DNA from: Candidatus Bathyarchaeota archaeon
GTDB lineage: Archaea; Thermoproteota; Bathyarchaeia; 40CM-2-53-6
DNA: 64,000 nucleotides
Direction of reading: 5' to 3'
Assembly (NCBI GenBank): GCA_963733055.1
Contig: CAVTBR010000003.1
Span: 352,001-416,000, forward strand
The notes beneath the pieces are model-generated. The model saw only the letters and a list, made by a program, of their open reading frames with translations, did no database searches and was not told where the DNA came from. A program made the translations under genes and the position numbers. Positions 39,284 to 48,363 of this stretch are shown piece by piece; the stretch's first letter is position 1, and each line of letters starts with the position of its first letter.

Positions 39284-41089
39284 CTAACTCTCAATCTCCA
39301 GTCTATCTTTGGCTTTCCTAAGCTCAACCTTCAGCCTAACTAAGGCGGGCGAATCATGCATTTCACGAATATGCTCGATAAGTTCCTTAAATGGGCGCGG
39401 TAAGAATATCGGACTTACTTTGGCTCCCTGGAGTGCAAATCCTGTCCGCGCGCGGCTAAGAAATATGATTATGCCCACCAGCAGTGGCGCTAAGCCGACC
39501 GAAACGAGAATAATTGGGTTAGCCGTAAGGATGGACAGCAGAAACCCAAGCTCAACAAACACAACTGGGAGAAGGTAGGGCCCGGTAAAGACAAGAAATG
39601 AGAGAAGCGCGCCAAGAATTAGCGCTGCCCAACTGTAACGTCTGACATATTCAATTGAGTTGATGCTCGAATACGGCACCTCCGTGGTTGCCCTTGATCG
39701 TCTACCCTGTTTGATGAAGATGCGTTGGTTTGTAGCTACAACCTTGCGAGCGCCATGAGACCACGTCGCGACAACTAACTCGGGTTCGGTAAGGGTTGAT
39801 CTGGCCTCGGGTGGGAGTGCAGAGAGACCGCTCTCTTTCTCAAGCTCATGGGTTAAAGCGTCGTCTAGGTCTTTGACTAGTCTGGTCATAGTGAACGCAG
39901 CAGTTCTTTCTTTGGCATTTGCGGAAAGCTTCTCCCACTTAGGAATATCATCGACCAGCTGAACAATCGCCTTAGAAGCCCCCTCAACATCATCCGGCCC
40001 CTTCACATGCAACCCATCTATTCCATTTCTCACAATCCAACTCTGACCCCCTACCCCTGACGTGATGACTGGAACTCCTTTGAACATGAATTCAAGCTGA
40101 GTGAGCCCAAGGGCCTCCATTCTGCTTAGCAGGATGTTGAGGTGCGAAATCTCAATCAACTGAGTTTTCTGTTTTTCACCGATTTCGCCAAGGTACGTAA
40201 CGTTCGATAATCGAGAAGCCCAGTCTTTCACTCCATCAGCATAATCTGAATGCCCTCTGCCCGCGATAACGAAACGAACGTCTCTCCTTTCTGCTAGCTT
40301 CTCGGCGATTTGAAGTATGGCCTTTGGGTTCTTTCGCTCTTCAATGGATCCAACGTAGGTTACAATCTTCAAATCTCGTTCGAGGCCCAAGGCTTGGTAC
40401 ACGTCTTGGCGGGCTGTAATTTCATACCTCATGAACGCGTAATCGTCGATTCCTCCTGGAAAGAGAACGCATTTCTCTGGTTTCGCCCCCAGTTTTACCT
40501 TCGAGTCCTTCTCGAACGGGGTCACTACCAAGACCAGGTTGGCTACTCGCAGGATGTTCTTCAAGGCTAGCTGATTCCAAGCTAGCCTGAACGAGCGTTC
40601 AACCAAAGAGTATCTCCGGGGTGAGGGTTCTTGGAAGTGAGACATGTGACAGAAAACCAACGGATCCGCGTATCCGCCTAGCTCTTTCACGTTCCGTCTC
40701 CAGTCAACGAATTTAGCGACGTCTTCTGGCCCATTCCACAATGTGCTGTGCGTAATGAGAACGTTGAGCTTGAACTTGTTAACGATCTGCTCTAACGTGT
40801 AGATCGAATCCTTGAACAGAACGCGTCGGGGCGGCCATCGTGAGGTTATACTCGCAACGCGAATAATTGGTATGTGAAGCTCAGCGTCATCGATCAGGAC
40901 GTACCCCTCATCGCCAAGGGAACCCTCACTAATGATCTCCTGTCCATCGTGAAAGACGCTTGTTATCAGGTAGGCCTCGTGACCCATCTTTCGGAAATAC
41001 CAGACCATCCTCTCCGCTACGAGCTCTTGCCCCTTACTGGTACTCGTCTGGTAGACTATGACCCCAATGCGTTTATTCATGGAAGACAC
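39284..41089 (-). CDS. GT4 (GT-B) glycosyltransferase fused to a C-terminal PH-like plus 2-TM module
   Basis: YVGSIEERKNP, EALGLTQLE (E-x7-E), GVPVITS; C-terminal VVATNQRIFI...VPYSSINSIE followed by two TM helices. Confidence 0.88.
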   Translation of the reverse strand: MSSMNKRIGVIVYQTSTSKGQELVAERMVWYFRKMGHEAYLITSVFHDGQEIISEGSLGDEGYVLIDDAELHIPIIRVASITSRWPPRRVLFKDSIYTLEQIVNKFKLNVLITHSTLWNGPEDVAKFVDWRRNVKELGGYADPLVFCHMSHFQEPSPRRYSLVERSFRLAWNQLALKNILRVANLVLVVTPFEKDSKVKLGAKPEKCVLFPGGIDDYAFMRYEITARQDVYQALGLERDLKIVTYVGSIEERKNPKAILQIAEKLAERRDVRFVIAGRGHSDYADGVKDWASRLSNVTYLGEIGEKQKTQLIEISHLNILLSRMEALGLTQLEFMFKGVPVITSGVGGQSWIVRNGIDGLHVKGPDDVEGASKAIVQLVDDIPKWEKLSANAKERTAAFTMTRLVKDLDDALTHELEKESGLSALPPEARSTLTEPELVVATWSHGARKVVATNQRIFIKQGRRSRATTEVPYSSINSIEYVRRYSWAALILGALLSFLVFTGPYLLPVVFVELGFLLSILTANPIILVSVGLAPLLVGIIIFLSRARTGFALQGAKVSPIFLPRPFKELIEHIREMHDSPALVRLKVELRKAKDRLEIES

Positions 41090-41277
41090 GAATGCGTTTC
41101 CGAGCTAGCCCTGAAATATTACATTGGGTTATGGCATATATGTTCTATTTGCCAATTCGATAGCTTCTCCTCCATTAGTCAGATTCGAGTCTCTGACTCC
41201 GAGCCTCCTCATTAATCGACTCGGTTATGCAGGTCGGATCTCATGATCCTTGCTACTCTAGTCATGATAACCTCTCG

Positions 41278-41937
41278 TTATGCAAATGCCGGGCTTGCAA
41301 CGATAAGAGAGAGGCCAATTGCAACCACCGCCAAGTCAGGCCCAATATTGGCGAACAGGTAGACCAGGCTCCCTGATACGCACGCGATGAAATAGCTCAT
41401 CACGAAATAAGTTAAGCGCCTTCTAATTAGCGGGTCGAATGTTTGCTCCTTCAGCTTGTACAGCTTCGCTAACGACCACACCAGAACGCCGATTATAACC
41501 GCCAGCCAGATGTACCTCAATATTGGGTTCGTAATGTCGCCACGCCAACCATATGGCCCAAACATTGTAGTAAAGGGATCCAGGAGATTGAGAAACATAA
41601 TGGCTGCTAGTGGGCAGATCGCGAAGAGCAGTTCGAGGGGCTTTGGCGCTCTTAGTATACGCACTGAGCTTAACACGAAGAAGAAAACGACCAACGAAAC
41701 GACTACGAACACGATCCGGTTAATCAGATTCGATAGGAGTTCCTGCTGGGATGGAAGAAACAGATTTGCGAGGGCAAGGGCTTCCCAGATCAGCAGGAGA
41801 ATGAGGCTTGACTTGTAGTACATTTTGCTGCTACTTGCTTCGCTTCCGCTTGATTGCATGGTTCTCTTGAGAATCATAAGTATTGGAACGGAAGATATGA
41901 GATAGGGAAGGGACCAGTAGAGAGGTGGCGCGGTCAT
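41278..41937 (-). CDS. Multi-pass (about 7 TM) membrane protein, HisKA_7TM-sensor-like, no kinase domain
   Basis: Hydrophobic helices; ATG overlaps the upstream KaiC-like stop (ATGA). Confidence 0.7.
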   Translation of the reverse strand: MTAPPLYWSLPYLISSVPILMILKRTMQSSGSEASSSKMYYKSSLILLLIWEALALANLFLPSQQELLSNLINRIVFVVVSLVVFFFVLSSVRILRAPKPLELLFAICPLAAIMFLNLLDPFTTMFGPYGWRGDITNPILRYIWLAVIIGVLVWSLAKLYKLKEQTFDPLIRRRLTYFVMSYFIACVSGSLVYLFANIGPDLAVVAIGLSLIVASPAFA

Positions 41938-42656
41938 GCATTCTTGCTCCCGAAAAAGTCCTTCAGGGCGGCATCGACGCTCTTGCCCAGAGTGAATGGA
42001 ATCCAACGCGGTTCAATAGGCGTTGCCAGCATTCTTCTCACCATGAGGTATCTACCGTAGTCGTCAAGTCTTGCTTGAATTGTTCCATCAGTGAGGTACT
42101 CTATGGTAGTTGCTAGTTTTGGATCATGAGTCCCCCCTTCCATCAGAAGAAGTGTTGTAACCCCTTTCATCTGCAACCTCATCTTCAGTTGCCCTAGGAA
42201 ACTAACTGCAACACCCGCAGGGTTGTTGACGAGAAAGTCGGTAAAGGAGTCTATGACGAGGGCAGCACCAGCACTGCGCTGAAGAATCGAAAGCAAATCG
42301 TCTACGGCAGAGCTAACATCTTCAAGCTTCCTTAGATCGAGAACATTCTTGAATCCTTCTCGCCAAGAAAAGCAGTCAATTATGCGGATCTTCTCAACGC
42401 CACGAAGATCCAACCCCAAGCTTCTAATTGATTCAATGAATATCTCGTGTGATTCCCCTGTGCTTAGTAGAACTGCAGATTCACCTCTGTTTACGGAAGA
42501 AAGAAGAAATTGTTTAGCCAGTGTGCTCTTTCCTGAACCAGGTAGTCCAGTCACCAGAACGGTCGAGCCCTGTGGAAGACCTCCCCGCAAGACTAGATCA
42601 AGTGCCCTAATTCCGAACGCATGCCGGACCACTCCTGAGGAGGCTTTCGTTGTCAT
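41934..42656 (-). CDS. Single-domain KaiC/RAD55-like ATPase
   Basis: FGIRALDLVLRGGLP, GLPGSGKS, IIDCFSW, LVIDSFT, IEYLTDGTI. Confidence 0.88.
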   Translation of the reverse strand: MTTKASSGVVRHAFGIRALDLVLRGGLPQGSTVLVTGLPGSGKSTLAKQFLLSSVNRGESAVLLSTGESHEIFIESIRSLGLDLRGVEKIRIIDCFSWREGFKNVLDLRKLEDVSSAVDDLLSILQRSAGAALVIDSFTDFLVNNPAGVAVSFLGQLKMRLQMKGVTTLLLMEGGTHDPKLATTIEYLTDGTIQARLDDYGRYLMVRRMLATPIEPRWIPFTLGKSVDAALKDFFGSKNA

Positions 42657-42921
42657 TACGGCCAAACCCACGAGCCAAAGCGTCGCCCACCGAATTATTC
42701 TACGTATACCATTACCACTTCTACACTCATCTTTCCACCAAAGTACATTAACGGAACGACCGCAACACACCCCTGGCCCAGAATCTGCATAACCAATTAC
42801 GGGTCAGTGGATAACGAAACAAGCTAGACTCATGCAGGAAAAAGCTTAGCCAAAGCGGCCCTTGCAGCGAAAAGTCCTTTTACCCTCCCATTGGCACTGG
42901 ATGCTGTTAACGGTGGAAAGC

Positions 42922-43149
42922 ATGGTAGTGGTTGTGCGCGACAGAGGTCCTCTAGGCATCATTTTGCTAGTAATCACGCTTCTGAGCCTCATATCGCTAG
43001 TAATCATAATTTTCCTGATCATGCAGGGAAGGGGAAACGTTATGGTAGTCGCAATACCTGGCTTCCCACCAGAAGCAATACTCGCAGGGTTAGCCGTAGG
43101 GACGTTCGTCGTGCTTGCACGACGTTTTCCCCGCCGGAAGCATACCTAG
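42922..43149 (+). CDS. Minimal 2-TM protein with IPGF-TM-RR (PGF-CTERM-like) tail
   Basis: TM, roughly 10-aa loop, AIPGFPPE, TM, RRFPRRK; start uncertain. Confidence 0.65.
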   Translation: MVVVVRDRGPLGIILLVITLLSLISLVIIIFLIMQGRGNVMVVAIPGFPPEAILAGLAVGTFVVLARRFPRRKHT

Positions 43150-43260
43150 TTTCGTGATCCGATTCTGTAGAGTCGCTTCAACGTTACCGTGCGCTTAATT
43201 CAGACTTCGTCCTGACCGGAGGCGGATTGGCCGCGCCGTCGTTTTCTGCGCAATCTGAAC

Positions 43261-43623
43261 CTATGGGACGCCCGGGAACAGTCCGCCGAGTACTGTGATT
43301 CCAATTGCCGCTAGGACGAAGAGCACTATGATCAATATGACCACAGCGAGGATTGCGATTACAACCGCCTTAATCCAGCCAACACCGAAGAAGTGTTTGA
43401 TTAGCAGCAGGATTATCACAATCTCGATTATTGTCCAAAGCCATCCCCAGCCCCCGATGAAATAGCCAAGAATGTCCGTAACGATAATTGCCGAGACAAC
43501 CGTCAAAATCCCGTGCCAGTACGTGGCTCTAGGTGCACCCAATGCTTTGGCGGCGAGCCAGACGAAAATTCCGCCGATGATACCAGCGATTACTAGATGA
43601 ATAATCGTGCCGATAATGTCCAC
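43261..43623 (-). CDS. Small 4-TM membrane protein
   Basis: 120 aa, almost entirely hydrophobic, IKHFFGVGWIKA motif. Confidence 0.8.
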   Translation of the reverse strand: MDIIGTIIHLVIAGIIGGIFVWLAAKALGAPRATYWHGILTVVSAIIVTDILGYFIGGWGWLWTIIEIVIILLLIKHFFGVGWIKAVVIAILAVVILIIVLFVLAAIGITVLGGLFPGVP

Positions 43624-43689
43624 TGCGGTTGCCTCAGAGTCGGATTAACCCGTTTTAGATATAAGACTTTGGAGAACCCAATCACTCAT

Positions 43690-45405
43690 TCAGTGCCTTT
43701 TCAGGACCGTCCTCAACTTCGTTAATGGCATCGTGTTGATAACGTCGTTTCGGCTCAACCAACCTCTTCGAGCGATACCGATCCCGAACCGAATGTTCCG
43801 TAGTTCAGCTGTATCGTGAGCGTCTGTGTTTATGATCAGTTTGCACCCCCCCTTCAAGGCCAGTTTGGCGTTCGCGTCGTCTAGGTCGAGTCGATGGGGG
43901 GACGAGTTTATTTCAAGATAGGTTCCGGTTCGTTTCGAAGCCTCGAAAAGTTCATCGAAATCGATTTCAGATGGGTTCTTTTCGTTTATCTTTCTGCTCG
44001 TTGGATGACCGATGATGTTTACGAGCCCGGTTTCCATCGTCGTGATTAAGCGTTGAGTCATCTCCTTTTTCGATTGTTTGAATGTTCCATGTATGCTCGC
44101 CACAACTAGATCTAACTCCTTTAGGACAGATTCTACTCCCTTCAATGTCCCGTCGGGTGCAATGTCGACTTCAGCACCTTTTAGAACGGTAATGCCCTCT
44201 AGTTTTCCGTTTACTTTGTCTATCTCTTTCGATTGCTCGCGCAACCGCTCCTCGTTGAGTCCGTTGACGATAGGCATTGTGCTGTAGTGGTCGGTGATCG
44301 CGACGTATGAATAACCCAGGGTTTTCGCGGCTTGAGCCATCTCTTCGATAGTCTGCTGGCCATCACTCCACTTCGTGTGCATCTGTAGATCCCCCTGAAT
44401 CGCGTCATAGGGAATCAGATCCGGCAGATCATGGTTCTTTGCTGCCTCTACTTCTCCTCGATCCTCCCTGAGTTCTGGTGGAATGTAGTCGAGCCCGAGT
44501 TTCTTGTACACTTCCTCCTCGGTGCGGCCCGCCACTGGCTCGTTGCCTTTGAACAAGCCATACTCGCTGAGCTTGAGACCTTTGGAGATGGCGAGTTTTC
44601 TTAGGGCTATGTTATGATCCTTCGACCCGGTGAAGTACATCAATGCCGTGCCGAAGCTCTGTTCGTCTACGATGCGAAGATCTACCTGAAGGTTGCTTTG
44701 TAGAAAGATTGAGGACTTTGTTTTCCCTTTTTCGAGAACCTTTCGAACATCCGACATACTGGTGAAAGCTTCAGATAATTGAGTCGGGTGGAGCGAGGTT
44801 GCGAGAATGTCGATGTCGCCGATGGTTTCCTTCATTCTTCGCAAGGACCCAGCCGCTTCGACCTGGGCTGTCTCCGCCTTCTTGTTGCCACGTAAGTGCT
44901 TGCATATTTCCTCAGCAACCGGAAACGCGTCCCCGAGTAGTATGCGAGCTTTGCTCCTTTTGGCGAGTTCGATGCTGCTGAGTATGTTCTCTTCAGTCTT
45001 CGGCCCTAACCGTTTGATCTCTCTAATTCTATGTTCCTTTGCTGCTCGTTCGAGATCATCTAAGGATTTTATTCCCAACCTCTTGAAAAGCACAGCCGCA
45101 GTCTTTGGCCCAATTCCTTCCACGGCCAATATGCCCTCCAAATCCATTGGCGTCTTTGCCTTGAGTTCGTCACGATACTTCAGTGAGCCAGTTTCGATTA
45201 TCTCTCCTATCTTCTTGGCGATAGCCTCGCCTACACCAGGCAGTTCTTCGAGTTTGCCTTTCGCGAACACTTCTTCTATCGGCTCTCCAAGTGATTCTAT
45301 GGTCCGCGCGGCTCGACGGTATGCGCGGGGTTTGAACTCGACGCCCTGCATATCGAGCATATCAGCGACTTCGTTCAGGATCTGGGCTACGAGCTGGTTC
45401 TTCAT
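43690..45405 (-). CDS. polX: DNA polymerase X / PHP-domain 3'-5' exonuclease
   Basis: AYRRAA, LPGVGEAIAKKI HhH, AGSLRR..ETIGDIDIL, FTGSKDHN, PHP domain TDH, HPT, NTDAH. Confidence 0.96.
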   Translation of the reverse strand: MKNQLVAQILNEVADMLDMQGVEFKPRAYRRAARTIESLGEPIEEVFAKGKLEELPGVGEAIAKKIGEIIETGSLKYRDELKAKTPMDLEGILAVEGIGPKTAAVLFKRLGIKSLDDLERAAKEHRIREIKRLGPKTEENILSSIELAKRSKARILLGDAFPVAEEICKHLRGNKKAETAQVEAAGSLRRMKETIGDIDILATSLHPTQLSEAFTSMSDVRKVLEKGKTKSSIFLQSNLQVDLRIVDEQSFGTALMYFTGSKDHNIALRKLAISKGLKLSEYGLFKGNEPVAGRTEEEVYKKLGLDYIPPELREDRGEVEAAKNHDLPDLIPYDAIQGDLQMHTKWSDGQQTIEEMAQAAKTLGYSYVAITDHYSTMPIVNGLNEERLREQSKEIDKVNGKLEGITVLKGAEVDIAPDGTLKGVESVLKELDLVVASIHGTFKQSKKEMTQRLITTMETGLVNIIGHPTSRKINEKNPSEIDFDELFEASKRTGTYLEINSSPHRLDLDDANAKLALKGGCKLIINTDAHDTAELRNIRFGIGIARRGWLSRNDVINTMPLTKLRTVLKRH

Positions 45406-45544
45406 CCCGTCGACAACGCCTTGTTCGAATTATGATGGGAACACTGTTTTTTGTGTTCCGTCCTCGACCGTGAAGCTACCTTTCGAATAGACTATACAGA
45501 AGTAAGCGACCCTACATGTCTTAGTGAACCCAGAAGGATAGATC

Positions 45545-46405
45545 TTGTATTCTGGCCCTGCAGACATTAGAAACGTAGTAAAAGCGCGAGGCCGGTGTTC
45601 GTCTAAGAGAGACTTCGGATCCCTGCTAATCATAGGTGGTAGTGAAGTCTATTCTGGCGCCCCAGCCTTGGCTGGAATGGCCGCCTTGAGGACGGGGGTC
45701 GGTTTGGCGATTATCGCCGCACCGCGATCCGTTGCTCCAACCATACGCGGATATTCCCCAAACCTCATTGTGCATGCACTTAACAGCGACGTAGTTAGCC
45801 CTGAACAGACCACGCAACTCTCTAAGCTACTTGAAGCCTCTGACGCTCTAGTCTTGGGCCCCGGCATCGGAAGGGCACCCGAAACCGTTCAAGCAATCCC
45901 CCTGATCACCAAGGAAGCCCGCAAATTAGGCAAGCCACTGCTAATCGACGCCGATGCAATCCGAGCACTCACCCAATCAATGGAATCGCTCAACGGCACG
46001 CTAATCACACCTCACGCCGGCGAATTCAAAGCAATCTCAGGAAAGGAAGCACCTCAACTTGAGGGCGATAGGCTGGCTGTTTGCATGAAGTTCGCCAAGG
46101 AACACGCTTGCGTCCTTCTTCTGAAAGGCCACGACACCATTGTTACGGACGGAGTCCGTGCAAAGGTCAACCACACCGGAAACCCTGGAATGGCGACCGC
46201 CGGGACGGGGGACGTTCTATCGGGGATAATCGGCGCCTTGCTGGCACAGCGTGTCGATCTATTCTCAGCGGCCGTTGCGGGGGCTTACATTCATGGGGCG
46301 GCGGGCGACCTGGTTTACAGACATAAGGGATTCCACATGCTCGCTACCGACCTCACTGAAGCCCTCCCCGCCGTTCTTAGAAAATACGATCGCGTGAGAA
46401 GGTAG
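45545..46405 (+). CDS. nnrD: ADP-dependent NAD(P)H-hydrate dehydratase
   Basis: IIGGSEVYSGAP, GPGIG, IDADA, ITPHAGEF, LLKG, MATAGTGDVLSG. Confidence 0.95.
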   Translation: MYSGPADIRNVVKARGRCSSKRDFGSLLIIGGSEVYSGAPALAGMAALRTGVGLAIIAAPRSVAPTIRGYSPNLIVHALNSDVVSPEQTTQLSKLLEASDALVLGPGIGRAPETVQAIPLITKEARKLGKPLLIDADAIRALTQSMESLNGTLITPHAGEFKAISGKEAPQLEGDRLAVCMKFAKEHACVLLLKGHDTIVTDGVRAKVNHTGNPGMATAGTGDVLSGIIGALLAQRVDLFSAAVAGAYIHGAAGDLVYRHKGFHMLATDLTEALPAVLRKYDRVRR

Positions 46406-46578
46406 CCCGCTTCTTCAAATGAAAATCAAGGCGTAATACATCCTTCTTTTCGGTGCCTTTACCGGGGAAAACTAGTGGCAATCTAGTTAGGGGTCGGGAT
46501 TGTGGAGGTTCACACGCGCGCCATGACCGGCGACCACGCCTAGGGACCGTCAACGTTCTCGGCATCCCCGCCCTATGG

Positions 46579-47003
46579 GAAACGAGGGTGTAGCACACCG
46601 TGTGCTACACCGTGATTTTCGCCTGAGAGACGCCCTGAAAACAGGGGTGTAAGTCACAGTGACTTACACCATGATTTCGGCTAGAGGGGTGGTTTCTACC
46701 GGTGAATGCGCACGGGTCTAAGCAGCCAGGCAACGAACTGGGAAACAGTTCAGCGAAACTGTGGCGCAGTTGAACCATCAAGTGAGAGTACGTGGAAAAA
46801 CGAGGGTGAAGGTCACAGTGAAGGTCACCCTGATTTTTCCTCCTGGATCCATCTGGCTGTCGCGAGGTGAGTGAGCGCCACCGTGACCGTCACCCTGCCT
46901 TTTCGGCCGTCCCAGGTAAGAGGGAATATTGTTAGAGATTCGGATCTGGTAAGGCAGTAGGAAGACGAATTGGGATCCGGTTGGTTTCAACTGTGTCCCA
47001 GTT
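46579..47003. repeat. Intergenic array of palindromic units: four GAAA..GGTG-N5-CAC-N-GTG-N5-CACC-.TG.TTT units and three AACTG-N5-CAGTT sites
   Basis: Cores at 46587-46611, 46646-46670 (both perfect 12-bp inverted repeats), 46805-46829, 46870-46894; AACTG-N5-CAGTT at 46736, 46757, 46989. Confidence 0.8.
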
Positions 47004-47044
47004 CAGCCAAAGGTTATACGCCCGCATCCTAATCGCCCGATAAC

Positions 47045-47836
47045 ATGGCTCAGACGATCTTTCACGTTGACGCCTTTGCGGATACGGTGTTTGCTGGCAA
47101 CCCAGCAGGGGTCTGCATCCTACAAGAACCACGTAGTGAGGCTTGGATGCAGAAAGTGGCTCAGGAAATGAACATGTCCGAAACGGCGTTCCTCCACAAG
47201 CGGGGGGACGGGTATGGTTTGCGATGGTTCACGCCGGTAGTCGAGGTTGACCTCTGCGGCCACGCAACCCTCGCGAGCGCACACATCCTCTGGGAGACGG
47301 GATTACTCGGGATTGAGGATAAGGCGCGGTTTCATACCCGTAGCGGCCTTCTAACCGCCAAACGGAGAGATGAATGGATCGAGCTCGATTTCCCGTCTCT
47401 ACCCGACAGGCGAGTTGAGGTTCCGAAAGGGTTGGCCAAGGCGATCGGCGTCAAGCCTCGGTATGTGGGAAGAAGCCGGTTCGATTCCATTGTCGAAGTC
47501 AGTTCAGAGAATTCTGTTCGTACAATGAAACCAGACTTCACCCTCCTCTCCAAGCTTCCCATCCGAGGCCTTATCGTGACCGCGAAAGCCAAAACAGAAC
47601 CGTATGATTTCGTCAGTCGCTTCTTCGCCCCACAGGTAGGAATCAACGAGGACCCAGTAACCGGGTCCGCCTACTCAGTCTTGGGGCCGTTCTGGAAGGG
47701 CAGGCTTCACAAGAATGAACTCCTAGCCTACCAGGCTTCAAGGCGAGGTGGTGTGATCCGGGTTAAGGTGGGCGATAGACGGGTGTACATCGGCGGTAAG
47801 GCGGTCACAGTCTTCAAAGCCGAACTAAACGCTTAG
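47045..47836 (+). CDS. PhzF family epimerase/isomerase
   Basis: VDAF...GNPAGV, SETAF, EVDLCGHATLA, EDPVTGSA. Confidence 0.95.
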   Translation: MAQTIFHVDAFADTVFAGNPAGVCILQEPRSEAWMQKVAQEMNMSETAFLHKRGDGYGLRWFTPVVEVDLCGHATLASAHILWETGLLGIEDKARFHTRSGLLTAKRRDEWIELDFPSLPDRRVEVPKGLAKAIGVKPRYVGRSRFDSIVEVSSENSVRTMKPDFTLLSKLPIRGLIVTAKAKTEPYDFVSRFFAPQVGINEDPVTGSAYSVLGPFWKGRLHKNELLAYQASRRGGVIRVKVGDRRVYIGGKAVTVFKAELNA

Positions 47837-47843
47837 ACTCGAT

Positions 47844-48359
47844 TCATCTCCGGTCGAGCGCTTTTCGGTAGATTTCGTAGTCTGATTGTGAAAAACAGAC
47901 AAAGACTACCTCGACATCCGGCATTCCGGCGAGGCATTCGCTGATGGCGTCTTCGGCAATTCTTGAGGCGCGCTCAATCGGGAAACCGTAAGCGCCGGTG
48001 CTTATCGAGGGGAAAGCGATTGTTCGAACTCCATTCTGCTCTGCGAGCTTCATAGAATTCAGGTAGCATTCTCGTAACTGTTGTTCTTCGCCGTTCCCGC
48101 CGCCTTTCCAAATTGGGCCGACAGTGTGGATGACGAAACGGGCGGGCAGTTTGCCGGCTTTGGTTATTTTCGCTTGACCGGTTGGACACCCTCCCAGTTT
48201 GCGGCACTCCTCAAGGAGTTGGGGCCCTGCAGCGCGGTGTATCGCGCCGTCCACGCCACCGCCCCCGAGCAGGGTTGTGTTGGCAGCGTTGACGATTGCG
48301 TCAACCTTCTGCTTGGTAATGTCCCCAAGAACTAGTCGAACCTGTCCCATCCAAACCAA
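47844..48359 (-). CDS. Macro-domain O-acetyl-ADP-ribose deacetylase
   Basis: GDIT, AIVNAAN, GGGGVDGAIH, HTVGP, AFPSISTGAYGFP. Confidence 0.95.
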   Translation of the reverse strand: MVWMGQVRLVLGDITKQKVDAIVNAANTTLLGGGGVDGAIHRAAGPQLLEECRKLGGCPTGQAKITKAGKLPARFVIHTVGPIWKGGGNGEEQQLRECYLNSMKLAEQNGVRTIAFPSISTGAYGFPIERASRIAEDAISECLAGMPDVEVVFVCFSQSDYEIYRKALDRR

Positions 48360-48363
48360 CAGT

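Noticed and set aside
35736-42656. RadA/RadB recombinases
   Set aside because: No N-terminal HhH domain; EEF.xD, KMRG and ST motifs indicate the KaiC branch
44807-45490. 227-aa plus-strand ORF and similar long overlapping ORFs elsewhere
   Set aside because: Antisense shadows of well-supported genes (polX, opp, mgtA, herA), with Ser/Arg-rich non-protein-like composition
46579-46900. CRISPR array
   Set aside because: Units are internally variable, unevenly spaced (59, 159, 65 bp) and no cas genes are present; kept as an unexplained repeat
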